Shown piece by piece: positions 9,718 through 18,544 of a DNA stretch of 64,000 nt. Both the position numbers and the translations under genes were made by a program. This DNA is from Marinoscillum sp. (GTDB taxonomy: Bacteria > Bacteroidota > Bacteroidia > Cytophagales > MED-G16), in contig JBELBJ010000002.1 in the NCBI GenBank assembly GCA_042095375.1, positions 69,185 to 133,184 on the forward strand, given 5' to 3'. Numbering within the stretch: the stretch's first letter is position 1; the number at the start of each line of letters is the position of its first letter. Below the pieces are notes generated by a model. That model was not told the DNA's origin and did not search any database. It saw nothing but the letters and a program-made list of their open reading frames with translations.

Positions 9718-10268
9718 ATTCCAACCCTTAATCCATTTTTGAAATATAATTCTTTATCTAGTTTTCCATTTCGATCATATATCTTCCAAAAACCATCATC
9801 AACACCATTTTTCATTTCTCTCTCATCAGAAATTGAGCCATTTGGATAATAATTTTTTTGAATTCCATCTTTCAAACCATTTTTAAAATTCCATTCATTT
9901 TTTAGATTTCCATTTTTATAATAAGAAATAGAATTTCCATTTCTTTTATAACTAAGATTAAAATTCTCTTTTGATTCTAATGAACCATCTTTATGATATC
10001 TTATTACTTTTACTGAAACATTATCATAAGTCCATTCACTTTGGATTCTTTTCTTTGAATCATAAAGTTTTGTTAAATAATTCTTACCTTCTTCGTAAAA
10101 TTTTTCAATTCTTATGTTATCAAGTTCGTCTTTTTCAATAGCTAATCCTGTGAATTTTTCATTTTCATGATAAGCAAATTTTTCATCGTGCTCAAGCTGA
10201 TTAAAAGGAATATTAGTATCGCATGATAAAAAAATTAAAAAGAAGAAAAATTTAAAATTTTTTTTCAT
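9714..10268 (-). CDS. MORN-variant repeat lipoprotein (YwqK-like)
   Basis: 184 aa. Signal plus Cys (FLSCD), then repeats of the form YYxNGxxxxEgxxKNGxxDGxWKxYDxNG. Confidence 0.6.
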   Translation of the reverse strand: MKKNFKFFFFLIFLSCDTNIPFNQLEHDEKFAYHENEKFTGLAIEKDELDNIRIEKFYEEGKNYLTKLYDSKKRIQSEWTYDNVSVKVIRYHKDGSLESKENFNLSYKRNGNSISYYKNGNLKNEWNFKNGLKDGIQKNYYPNGSISDEREMKNGVDDGFWKIYDRNGKLDKELYFKNGLRVGI

Positions 10269-10672
10269 TCAACTAGATCTTTTTTAAAGGTTGTAGTATA
10301 AATCATATCAAATGGTTCATAAGAAAGAGTATCTACAAGTTTTCTAATATAAGAAAACTTCATGGTATTTAAATCAATAAAGTCTACTTTAAATCTTCTA
10401 ACATAACTTCCAGTTCCAACTGAATCCAAATACATAAGATATAAGCTATCATAATCAGAATTAAATTCATATTGATAAAGGTTATTATAATAAAAAACTA
10501 GATTATCAGTTCTGAAAGATAAAAGTTCAATTGGATTTTCATAATTAAGAGTATCATTAGAAAGGCTTCTAGTAATCTGTACTCTCTTCCAATTACCTGA
10601 AAATTGAATCTCTTTTTTATAAAAACTACAATTTGAAAAAAATATTAGTAGTAGTATTAAAAAGTGTCTCAT
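10265..10672 (-). CDS. hypothetical small lipoprotein (lipocalin-like, GxW N-terminal motif)
   Basis: 135 aa. Signal with Cys (FFSNCS) and an FSGNWKRV motif. Overlaps the downstream gene by 4 nt. Confidence 0.4.
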   Translation of the reverse strand: MRHFLILLLIFFSNCSFYKKEIQFSGNWKRVQITRSLSNDTLNYENPIELLSFRTDNLVFYYNNLYQYEFNSDYDSLYLMYLDSVGTGSYVRRFKVDFIDLNTMKFSYIRKLVDTLSYEPFDMIYTTTFKKDLVE

Positions 10673-10711
10673 ATCTTATATAATTTTATAAAAATATTTA
10701 TTCAAATCTAA

Positions 10712-10930
10712 ATGGAAATTAGTTGGTTTAAAATTATTATAATTTTATTCTCAGTCTGGATGGCTTATTTTTCTCTTGGAGCATTTGCAAATATGACTGA
10801 AAATAAAGTTTTATTATCAATTTTTAAATTATTTAAAATACTACTAATTACAGCAATTATAATTGTAGTAGCAATGTATTTTCTAAATGGACTTGATGTA
10901 TCATCAATTACATCTGGAATAAAAAAATAA
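10712..10930 (+). CDS. hypothetical two-helix membrane protein
   Basis: 72 aa with two hydrophobic segments and no recognisable motif. Confidence 0.3.
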   Translation: MEISWFKIIIILFSVWMAYFSLGAFANMTENKVLLSIFKLFKILLITAIIIVVAMYFLNGLDVSSITSGIKK

Positions 10931-10936
10931 TAAAAG

Positions 10937-13189
10937 TTGAAAAAATTATTTTTTATAAAAGTTTTATTAATAATTCATTTTTCATCTTTTTCACAAATTT
11001 TTATTGAAGGAATAATTAAGGAAAATATTTATAATTTTCCTATTGAAGGAATTCAAATCATTTATAATAATGAAACCACTTATTCTAACGCCAAAGGAAA
11101 GTTTATAATTGAATTACAAAATCTACCTGCACTATTATATTTAACCTCACCTTTTTTTTTTGAAAAATACATCAACATAAAAGATGAAAAAAAATTAGAA
11201 ATAATTTTAACAAATAGAGGTTCGATATTAGAGGAGGTAATAGTTAAATCAGAAATAAATAAAAAAAAATTAAAGAATACAGCTTCTTCAATTTCAATAA
11301 TTAAAGATATAGAAACAAGAAAGATTTCTGATATATCAATTCAGTCAGGGTTGAATGAAATTCCAGGGGTTTATATGCACACTGGATCTTTAAATACAAA
11401 TAGAATAACTATTAGAGGTATGGGATCAAGATCTCCATATTCTACTAATAAAATTAAATCTTATATAAATAATATTCCTCTAAGTAATGGTGTTGGTGAA
11501 ACTACAATAGAAGATTTAGGTATTAATTTATTTAATCAAGTAGAAACAATAAAAGGACCAAACTCGAGCATTTATGGAGCAGGTCTTGGTGGAGCAATTT
11601 TGCTTAATTTAGAAAAATCAAAAGAACATAGCCTGTCTTATTCATCTTTTTTTGGCTCATACAAAACAACAAAAAATGAAATAAATCTTTATAAGAAAAT
11701 TAATAAAGTTGACTTTCAAATTAATTTTCAAAATCTTTCTAGTGATGGATATAGAGATAATAATAGTTACACAAGAAATAATGCCTTTGGGTATTTAGGA
11801 TATAATATAAATGATAAAATCAAATTAGATTTAATTTATAATTTTATAAACCTAGATTCTGAAATTCCATCCTCATTGAATATAGATGATTTCAATTTAA
11901 ACCCATCAAAAGCAGCTGAAAGTTGGAAAAATGCAAATGGCAATGAAAAATATAAAAAAAATCTATCTGCTATTTCATTTGATTACAATTCATCAAATTA
12001 TAATTTAATTGCAAATATTTTTTATAATAATTATAAATCTGATGAAAAAAGACCGTTTAACTTTTTAAAAGAGAATAGTAATGGATTTGGATCAAGAATT
12101 GTTAACACTATTATAAAAGAAAATCAAAAAATCAATTTCGGATTTGAATTTTTTCGAGAAAATTATTTATGGAAGACTTTTGACAATTACGGGACTGATT
12201 CAGAAAAAATATTAAACGATCAAAATGAGAAAAGAAATAATTTTTTGATATTTTCCAAATATGAAATTGAAATAAATAATACCTCTATAATAACATTTGG
12301 ATTGAGTTCAAATAATATAAAATATAATTGGGAAACCATTGAATATAATGATCTAAACCCTCAAGAATTAAAAAATAAAGATTCAAAAAAATATAAATAT
12401 CAAAATATTATTTCTCCTAAAATTTCATTAAATAAAACTATTTCAAATCAAAATTTATTTTTTACAATTAGTCATGGTTATTCCCCACCAAATATTGATG
12501 AAACTTTAGATGATAAGGGTTTAGTTAATCCAAACATAAAACCCGAATCAGGTTGGAATTACGAGTTAGGGATTAGGGGCAATCTAATTAATAGGAAAGT
12601 TTCGTATGATCTTAACTTGTATCTTATGAAAATAAAAAACTTATTAGTAGCTCAAAGAACTTCGGCAGATACTTATGTAGGAGTAAATGCTGGGAAAACA
12701 TCTCATCCAGGTATTGAGTTATCGATAAATTCATCAGTTTGGAATTCAATAGATAATAAAAAAAACATTACATCTGAAGTTTATTTTTCAAAGAACTGGC
12801 ACAAATTTATTGAATTTGTAAATGAAGGAAATATCTACTCCAATAATTATTTAACTGGCGTTCCTTTACATACCGTTAATAAAAACATTACATTTAAAAT
12901 CAATAAAATCAAAGGAACAATAAATTTTCAGAATACTGGGAAAATACCAATAAATGATAATAATTCAGAATATTCTGAACCTTATATGTTGTGGAATTTG
13001 AAAATAGGTAAATTATTTAAAGTCAATAAAATTAATTTAAATATAATAACAGGTGTTAAAAATTTATTTGATGAAAAATATGCTTCAATGATACTAATTA
13101 ATGCAAAAGGGTTTGGGGGGAGGAAACCTAGGTATTTTTATCCAGGTCTTCCAAGAAATTATTTTATATCTTTAAATCTTAAAGTTTAA
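10937..13189 (+). CDS. TonB-dependent receptor with N-terminal CarboxypepD_reg-like domain
   Basis: 750 aa. Signal ending FSQ, plug-like segment (ITIRGMGSRS, IKGPNSSIYGAG), and a long beta-barrel. The TTG start is forced: an in-frame TAA lies two codons upstream and there is no Met in the first ~145 codons. Confidence 0.85.
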   Translation: MKKLFFIKVLLIIHFSSFSQIFIEGIIKENIYNFPIEGIQIIYNNETTYSNAKGKFIIELQNLPALLYLTSPFFFEKYINIKDEKKLEIILTNRGSILEEVIVKSEINKKKLKNTASSISIIKDIETRKISDISIQSGLNEIPGVYMHTGSLNTNRITIRGMGSRSPYSTNKIKSYINNIPLSNGVGETTIEDLGINLFNQVETIKGPNSSIYGAGLGGAILLNLEKSKEHSLSYSSFFGSYKTTKNEINLYKKINKVDFQINFQNLSSDGYRDNNSYTRNNAFGYLGYNINDKIKLDLIYNFINLDSEIPSSLNIDDFNLNPSKAAESWKNANGNEKYKKNLSAISFDYNSSNYNLIANIFYNNYKSDEKRPFNFLKENSNGFGSRIVNTIIKENQKINFGFEFFRENYLWKTFDNYGTDSEKILNDQNEKRNNFLIFSKYEIEINNTSIITFGLSSNNIKYNWETIEYNDLNPQELKNKDSKKYKYQNIISPKISLNKTISNQNLFFTISHGYSPPNIDETLDDKGLVNPNIKPESGWNYELGIRGNLINRKVSYDLNLYLMKIKNLLVAQRTSADTYVGVNAGKTSHPGIELSINSSVWNSIDNKKNITSEVYFSKNWHKFIEFVNEGNIYSNNYLTGVPLHTVNKNITFKINKIKGTINFQNTGKIPINDNNSEYSEPYMLWNLKIGKLFKVNKINLNIITGVKNLFDEKYASMILINAKGFGGRKPRYFYPGLPRNYFISLNLKV

Positions 13190-13193
13190 AAAT

Positions 13194-14978
13194 ATGAAAA
13201 ATAAAACTCTAAATTATTTCAATTCAAATTCATATCACAGAAATTATATTTTATCAATAAAACGAATATTAATAGTATTAATATCCTTTATTCTAATTTA
13301 TTGCTCAGAAAAACAGATTTATAATAAAACAAAATTTGAAATAACTTATCCAGAAAAATTTGCAGAAAATGGATACGATGGGAGGTTGCTTTTGATGATC
13401 AGTAATAACAATAATGCTGAACCAAGATTTCAAATTAATGACAGTCATAATACTCAAATAATATTTGGTATTGATGTTGAATCTTGGAAAAGTGGAGAAA
13501 CTAAAACATTTGATTCTAATGTATATGGATATCCCATTAAGTCCATCGAAAATTTAAAAGAAGGTGAGTATTATGTGCAAGCATTTTTACATAAATACGA
13601 AACGTTCAATTTATCAACTGGATATAAAGTAAAACTACCTAAAGATCAAGGAGAAGGACAAAAATGGAATATAAGCCCTAAAAATCTTTATAGTACTCCA
13701 AAAAAAATAAAAATTACAAAATCTGGTACAATTAAGTTGTCACTTGAAAATGAAATTCCTCCAATAGAATCTATTAAAGATTCCAAATATATAAAGCATG
13801 TTAAAATAAAGAGCGAAATGTTATCAAAGTTTTGGGGTAGAGATATGTATTTACAAGCTAATGTTCTTATTCCTCATAATTTTGATAAAAATTCAAATAA
13901 TAAATATCCATTAATGATCTTTCATGGACACTTCCCAAATACATTTCGAGGATTTAGAACTGAACCTCCAACTGCACCAAAAGAAGATACAATATTTAAT
14001 TCTAGGTTTGGAATTACGGGATATAAATATATTCAAGAAAAAGAAGCATATGACTTATATAAAAATTGGATTAGTGATGATTTTCCTAGATTTATTGCAA
14101 TTGAAATTCAACATCAAAACCCTTATTATGATGATTCTTATGCTGTTAATTCTGCAAATTTAGGACCTTATGGTGATGCTATTACATATGAGTTAATCCC
14201 ACATGTAGAAGATTTATTTAATGGTGTTGGAGAAGGATGGGGAAGATTTCTCTATGGCGGATCAACAGGCGGTTGGGAAGCATTAGCAGTTCAAGTCTTT
14301 TATCCTAAAGAATATAATGGTTGCTTTGCCGCATGTCCAGACCCTATTGATTTTAGAGCTTTTACTGTAGTAAATATTTATGAAGATGAAAATGCATATT
14401 ATCATAAAAGTTATTATAAAAAAACTTTAAGAGCTGGAATGAGAGATGGTAAGGGGATTATAAAATCTCACTTGATAGATATGAATCACAGAGAAATGGT
14501 TTTGGGTTCTAAAGGAAGATCAGGAGATCAATGGGATATATGGCAAGCTGTTTTTTCTCCAGTAGGAACTGATGGATATCCTAGACCAATATGGGATAAA
14601 AAATCTGGGAAAATAGATAAAAATGTTGCGGAATATTGGAAAGAAAATTATGATTTAAGTTATATTTTAAAAAGAGATTGGAATAAAATTGGAAATGATT
14701 TAAGAGGAAAGTTATATATATATTGTGGTGATATGGATAACTATTACTTAAATAATGCTGTTGTTTTAACTGAACAATTTCTTGAGTCAACAAAAAATCC
14801 TTATTATGATGGAGAAGTAGATTACGGTAACCTAGCTGAACATTGTTGGAATGGTGATCATGAAAACCCAAATCATATTTCAAGACTTAGATATAACACT
14901 ATGTACTTACCTAAAATCAAAGAGAGATTAAAACAAACTGCTCCAAAAAATCATAATCTAGTTAATTGGGGCATATAG
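13194..14978 (+). CDS. exported alpha/beta-hydrolase (esterase-like) protein
   Basis: 594 aa with an N-terminal anchor/lipobox (LIYCS). The C-terminal half carries YGGSTGGWEALAV (GxSxG nucleophile elbow). Starts 4 nt after the TonB-dependent receptor. Confidence 0.55.
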   Translation: MKNKTLNYFNSNSYHRNYILSIKRILIVLISFILIYCSEKQIYNKTKFEITYPEKFAENGYDGRLLLMISNNNNAEPRFQINDSHNTQIIFGIDVESWKSGETKTFDSNVYGYPIKSIENLKEGEYYVQAFLHKYETFNLSTGYKVKLPKDQGEGQKWNISPKNLYSTPKKIKITKSGTIKLSLENEIPPIESIKDSKYIKHVKIKSEMLSKFWGRDMYLQANVLIPHNFDKNSNNKYPLMIFHGHFPNTFRGFRTEPPTAPKEDTIFNSRFGITGYKYIQEKEAYDLYKNWISDDFPRFIAIEIQHQNPYYDDSYAVNSANLGPYGDAITYELIPHVEDLFNGVGEGWGRFLYGGSTGGWEALAVQVFYPKEYNGCFAACPDPIDFRAFTVVNIYEDENAYYHKSYYKKTLRAGMRDGKGIIKSHLIDMNHREMVLGSKGRSGDQWDIWQAVFSPVGTDGYPRPIWDKKSGKIDKNVAEYWKENYDLSYILKRDWNKIGNDLRGKLYIYCGDMDNYYLNNAVVLTEQFLESTKNPYYDGEVDYGNLAEHCWNGDHENPNHISRLRYNTMYLPKIKERLKQTAPKNHNLVNWGI

Positions 14979-14981
14979 TTG

Positions 14982-15317
14982 TCATTTAAATAATAAGTGC
15001 ATTTTTTCCTTTTTCCTCCACCCTGCTTGTGATTTATATTTAACAAAAAAAATTTTTAAATCACTTTGAGACTCATAATCAACAAAAAAAAGTTTTTTAT
15101 CAGCTTGTGATTGATATCTTACAAAAAACCATAATCCATTATTTCCTTTTGCCTGTGACTGATAGTCTAATTTAAAAACCTTTAGATCAGATTGAGATTC
15201 ATACTCAGTAACAAAAACATTGATATCTGCTTGAGAAGAATAATCTACTGAAAAAACTTTTTGAGAAAAAGCATTAAAACTTATTAAAATGAAAAACAAT
15301 AAAATATTACTTTTCAT
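14982..15317 (-). CDS. small secreted repeat protein (six Y-x-SQ(A/S)D repeats; DUF6150-like by recollection)
   Basis: 111 aa. Signal ending FSQ, then VDYSSQAD / TEYESQSD / LDYQSQAK / VRYQSQAD / VDYESQSD / VKYKSQAG, each preceded by (V/F)F. Confidence 0.6.
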   Translation of the reverse strand: MKSNILLFFILISFNAFSQKVFSVDYSSQADINVFVTEYESQSDLKVFKLDYQSQAKGNNGLWFFVRYQSQADKKLFFVDYESQSDLKIFFVKYKSQAGWRKKEKMHLLFK

Positions 15318-15531
15318 TTATTAATGATTGTAACTGAAAAGTCATTGTATTAGCAGATTTAGCATACCTTGCTGCTTCTACAGACTCTTTTTTTATCTCA
15401 TCTAATTCAAATTGACTATATTCTATTTTAGATGTTATGTCATTCAAATTATTCCTAATTTGAAAGTTTTGATAAGCTAAAACTAAAATCCCAATAAAAG
15501 TTAAATTTTGAAAATTAATAAATTTGTTCAT
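15307..15531 (-). CDS. hypothetical membrane-anchored coiled-coil protein
   Basis: 74 aa with an N-terminal hydrophobic helix. Overlaps the downstream repeat-protein gene by 11 nt. Confidence 0.4.
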   Translation of the reverse strand: MNKFINFQNLTFIGILVLAYQNFQIRNNLNDITSKIEYSQFELDEIKKESVEAARYAKSANTMTFQLQSLINEK

Positions 15532-15588
15532 ATATTATAATTTGATATTTAATTAAAAAAAAAAAATGAATTATTTAATTTTAAAACT

Positions 15589-15981
15589 ATGAATTATATG
15601 TTAAATATTTTATTAATTCTATTTATAAAATTTTATTCAATTGAAAATTATAATAAAAACTTATTAGGTGTTTGGAATCTTATTTCAAAAGTAGAGATAA
15701 TTGACGGTCAAACAGATAAAGAAAATGAAAGTATAATCAATTATAAAATTGGTGAAAAGGTCATGGAACTTAAATCTAATAATACAATTATTGAATATCA
15801 GGGGAGAGATCTAAAAGAATTAAAATGTAAAATATCAAAAAAAAATATTAATATATTTGAAGAAAACGGAAGTTCAATAGAGTTGATTTATTATCTAATT
15901 AATGACACCTTAGTAATTGAAAATTATGATCAAAATAAATTCATAAAAAAAATATATATAAAAGAAGATTTGAAATTTTGA
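15589..15981 (+). CDS. hypothetical lipocalin-like small protein
   Basis: 130 aa with LLGVWNLISK and NDTLVIE motifs. Paralogous in pattern to 20465..20863. Confidence 0.4.
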   Translation: MNYMLNILLILFIKFYSIENYNKNLLGVWNLISKVEIIDGQTDKENESIINYKIGEKVMELKSNNTIIEYQGRDLKELKCKISKKNINIFEENGSSIELIYYLINDTLVIENYDQNKFIKKIYIKEDLKF

Positions 15982-16112
15982 AAAAAAAAATAAGCGATAA
16001 AGAAAAAAGAAGAGATGCTCAAATAGCTAGAAGAAAGAATATTACAAAAATTAAACCATCAGGAAAAATTTATAAAAGAAATAAAAGAGTAAATAATAGT
16101 GTTGATGAATAA
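15978..16112 (+). CDS. candidate 44-aa highly basic small protein (not in track)
   Basis: Hand-translated: TTG at 15978 overlaps the stop of the upstream gene (TTGA). Sequence is (M)KKKISDKEKRRDAQIARRKNITKIKPSGKIYKRNKRVNNSVDE, stop at 16110-16112. It fills an otherwise unusually long 198-nt gap. Confidence 0.3.
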   Translation: MKKKISDKEKRRDAQIARRKNITKIKPSGKIYKRNKRVNNSVDE

Positions 16113-16179
16113 TAATATAATTTTTTAATCTTCAATAAAATCAAAAAATGATAATCCTAAACTAAATTTAAAAAAAACG

Positions 16180-17709
16180 ATGAAGAAGTTAATTATTTTA
16201 TTTTTTATTATATCTGTAAGTAATGGTTTTACGCAGAGTAGAAAAAAAATCCTAGAAACAACTAATGAAATAATTCAAGGGAACTGGAATAGGTTTTTTG
16301 AGATGTTATCAATACCAAATGATGGTTACGATTCTCCAAATATTGAAAAAAACATACAATGGTGTGAAAAAACTTTCTCAGATCTTGGATTTAAACTTGA
16401 AAGGGTCAAAGCCAAAAGCACAAGCCCTACCATGCCAAATCATCCTCTTCTAATAGGAAATAAATTTTTATCTGAAAATCTAAAAACAGTACTTATCTAT
16501 TTTCATATGGACGGACAACCTGTAGACCCTTCAAAATGGGATCAGAAAGATCCATTTGTTCCAATCCTAACAGAAAATATAAATGGTGAATGGAAAGAAA
16601 TAGATAGAAATAAAATTTTATATAAACCAAATCCTAATTGGAGAATTTTTGGAAGGTCAACCAGTGATGATAAAGGCCCTCCAATGATGTTAGTAAATGC
16701 ATTGGAAGTGCTAAATAAATTAAATATACAACCTAAATTTAATGTTAAATTGATTATAGATTTTCAGGAAGAAATGGGTTCACCTACTATTGTAGATGCA
16801 GTATCAAAGTTCAAGGAAAAACTTAAATCAGATTACTTACTAATTATTGATGGTCCAAGGCACCCATCAAATAAACCTACATTAACTTTTGGTGCAAGAG
16901 GAATTAGTAGAATTACTTTAACATCTTATGGCCCTATTAAGCCTCAACATAGTGGGCATTTTGGAAACTATGCACCTAATCCAGCAATGAATTTATCTAA
17001 AATTCTCTCTTCAATGAAAGACTATTCAGGAAGGGTAATAATTCCAGGTTTTTATGATGGAATATTTATTTCTGATAAAATAAAAACTATTCTTGATGCA
17101 GTTCCAGATGATGAGAATGAAATCAAGAAAGATCTTCTAATTTCAACTCCAGACCTGGTTGGAAATAATTATCAAGAGGCAATTCAATACCCATCTTTAA
17201 ATATTAGAGGTCTAAAATCAGGATGGGTTGGTAAAGAAGTTAGAACAATTGTTCCAAGTATTGCAATAGCAGAAATAGATGTTCGATTAGTCAAAGAAAG
17301 TAATCCAAATAGACTTTTAAAATTAATAAAGAATCACATTATTAATGAAGGCGCCTATGTAATAGAAAATAGAGAACCTACAATTGAGGAAAGGTTAAGT
17401 CAAAATAATATTATTAGATTTGATTCTAAAGTCAGCTATCTTGCCTATAGGACAGAAATAGATTCCCCTATTGGAAAATGGGCATCAAGTGCTTTAAAAA
17501 AAGCTTTTCAAGAAGGTCCTGTTAAAAAAAGAACATCTGGTGGATCTATACCTATTTCACCTTTTGTGACAACTTTAAATGTTCCAGCTCTTACATATCC
17601 ATCAGTAAATAAGGACAACAATCAACATAGTCCTAATGAAAATATCAGAGTTGGAAATTTTATAGACGGAACGATTGGTATGGTTTATCTTTTATTAGAA
17701 AATCCTTAG
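16180..17709 (+). CDS. secreted M20-family dipeptidase
   Basis: 509 aa with a signal peptide. HMDGQPVDP and STSDDKGP metal-ligand motifs, and a dimerisation-domain insert. Confidence 0.8.
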   Translation: MKKLIILFFIISVSNGFTQSRKKILETTNEIIQGNWNRFFEMLSIPNDGYDSPNIEKNIQWCEKTFSDLGFKLERVKAKSTSPTMPNHPLLIGNKFLSENLKTVLIYFHMDGQPVDPSKWDQKDPFVPILTENINGEWKEIDRNKILYKPNPNWRIFGRSTSDDKGPPMMLVNALEVLNKLNIQPKFNVKLIIDFQEEMGSPTIVDAVSKFKEKLKSDYLLIIDGPRHPSNKPTLTFGARGISRITLTSYGPIKPQHSGHFGNYAPNPAMNLSKILSSMKDYSGRVIIPGFYDGIFISDKIKTILDAVPDDENEIKKDLLISTPDLVGNNYQEAIQYPSLNIRGLKSGWVGKEVRTIVPSIAIAEIDVRLVKESNPNRLLKLIKNHIINEGAYVIENREPTIEERLSQNNIIRFDSKVSYLAYRTEIDSPIGKWASSALKKAFQEGPVKKRTSGGSIPISPFVTTLNVPALTYPSVNKDNNQHSPNENIRVGNFIDGTIGMVYLLLENP

Positions 17710-17891
17710 TAATTTTTATTTGGAATAAATGTCCAAGCAATAACATATGTTATAATTCCACTACCAGCACTTAAGGCAAATGCAAAAAACAATAGTCTTA
17801 TAATAATTGGATCCATTTCAAAATATTCTCCTATACCTTCACATACCCCAGCAATAATACCTTCTTTACTATTTCTTTTTAATTTTTTCAT
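17706..17891 (-). CDS. PspC domain protein
   Basis: 61 aa. GIIAGVCEGIGEYFEMDPIIIRLLF followed by a TM helix. Confidence 0.7.
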   Translation of the reverse strand: MKKLKRNSKEGIIAGVCEGIGEYFEMDPIIIRLLFFAFALSAGSGIITYVIAWTFIPNKNY

Positions 17892-18537
17892 TTTTTTTAA
17901 AATTAATTAGATATCCAAATGAAAATTGACTGCTAATATTTTTCACTACATTTCCTTTACCACCTCCTGGTCTATTATTTAACAACCCGTAACCTAAATT
18001 TATGGTAAAAATAATATTTCTTAAATAATAATTAGCTCCGAAATTCAGACCAATATCGATTGGCTTTAAAGTATGACCTTTATCTAAATCATTTCCAATT
18101 TTTCCTTTAATATTTTCTTTCATTATTGAATTTCTGATAGATTCTTTTATTGCATAAGCAAAGTATGGACCCAATTTTATCTCAAGATTTTTTATTGAAG
18201 GCAAATTATATACAAGAGATATTGGCACCTCTAAGTATGTGGAATAATTATATACATTCACTCCAAAAAAATCAACTACTTTATATCCCTTAATATTATA
18301 AATTAGTCCATATTCAAAAGAATATTCTTCATCAAGTACATTATTTAGTAAAATGCCTATATGAAATGCTGGGACAAAACCAGATGGTTGATCCAAATTA
18401 CTCCCGTTAGAAATAGCTACTGATGATAAATTAAAACCGCTCTTTAATTGAATATTTTCTTGAGAAAATACATTAAACAAATTTGTTAGATAGAAAAATA
18501 ATAAAAATTTAAACTTTGACTTTAAATTTATTTTCAT
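17869..18537 (-). CDS. outer-membrane beta-barrel (porin-family) protein
   Basis: 222 aa. Signal ending FSQ, alternating beta-strand pattern, C-terminal aromatic (SFGYLINF). Confidence 0.55.
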   Translation of the reverse strand: MKINLKSKFKFLLFFYLTNLFNVFSQENIQLKSGFNLSSVAISNGSNLDQPSGFVPAFHIGILLNNVLDEEYSFEYGLIYNIKGYKVVDFFGVNVYNYSTYLEVPISLVYNLPSIKNLEIKLGPYFAYAIKESIRNSIMKENIKGKIGNDLDKGHTLKPIDIGLNFGANYYLRNIIFTINLGYGLLNNRPGGGKGNVVKNISSQFSFGYLINFKKNEKIKKK

Positions 18538-18544
18538 AATTAAT

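Noticed and set aside
9714-10672. YwqK-like 'antitoxin' plus an overlapping small gene, considered as a toxin-antitoxin or defence pair.
   Set aside because: Both proteins carry lipoprotein-type signal sequences, so they are exported. The MORN-variant repeat protein has no adjacent nuclease or deaminase toxin domain. The 'antitoxin' label is only a family name.
10673-10936. Possible riboswitch (for example cobalamin) upstream of the TonB-dependent receptor.
   Set aside because: The region is almost entirely occupied by a 72-codon hydrophobic ORF. It is extremely AT-rich, with no B12-box-like GCCACTG or GC-rich helices.
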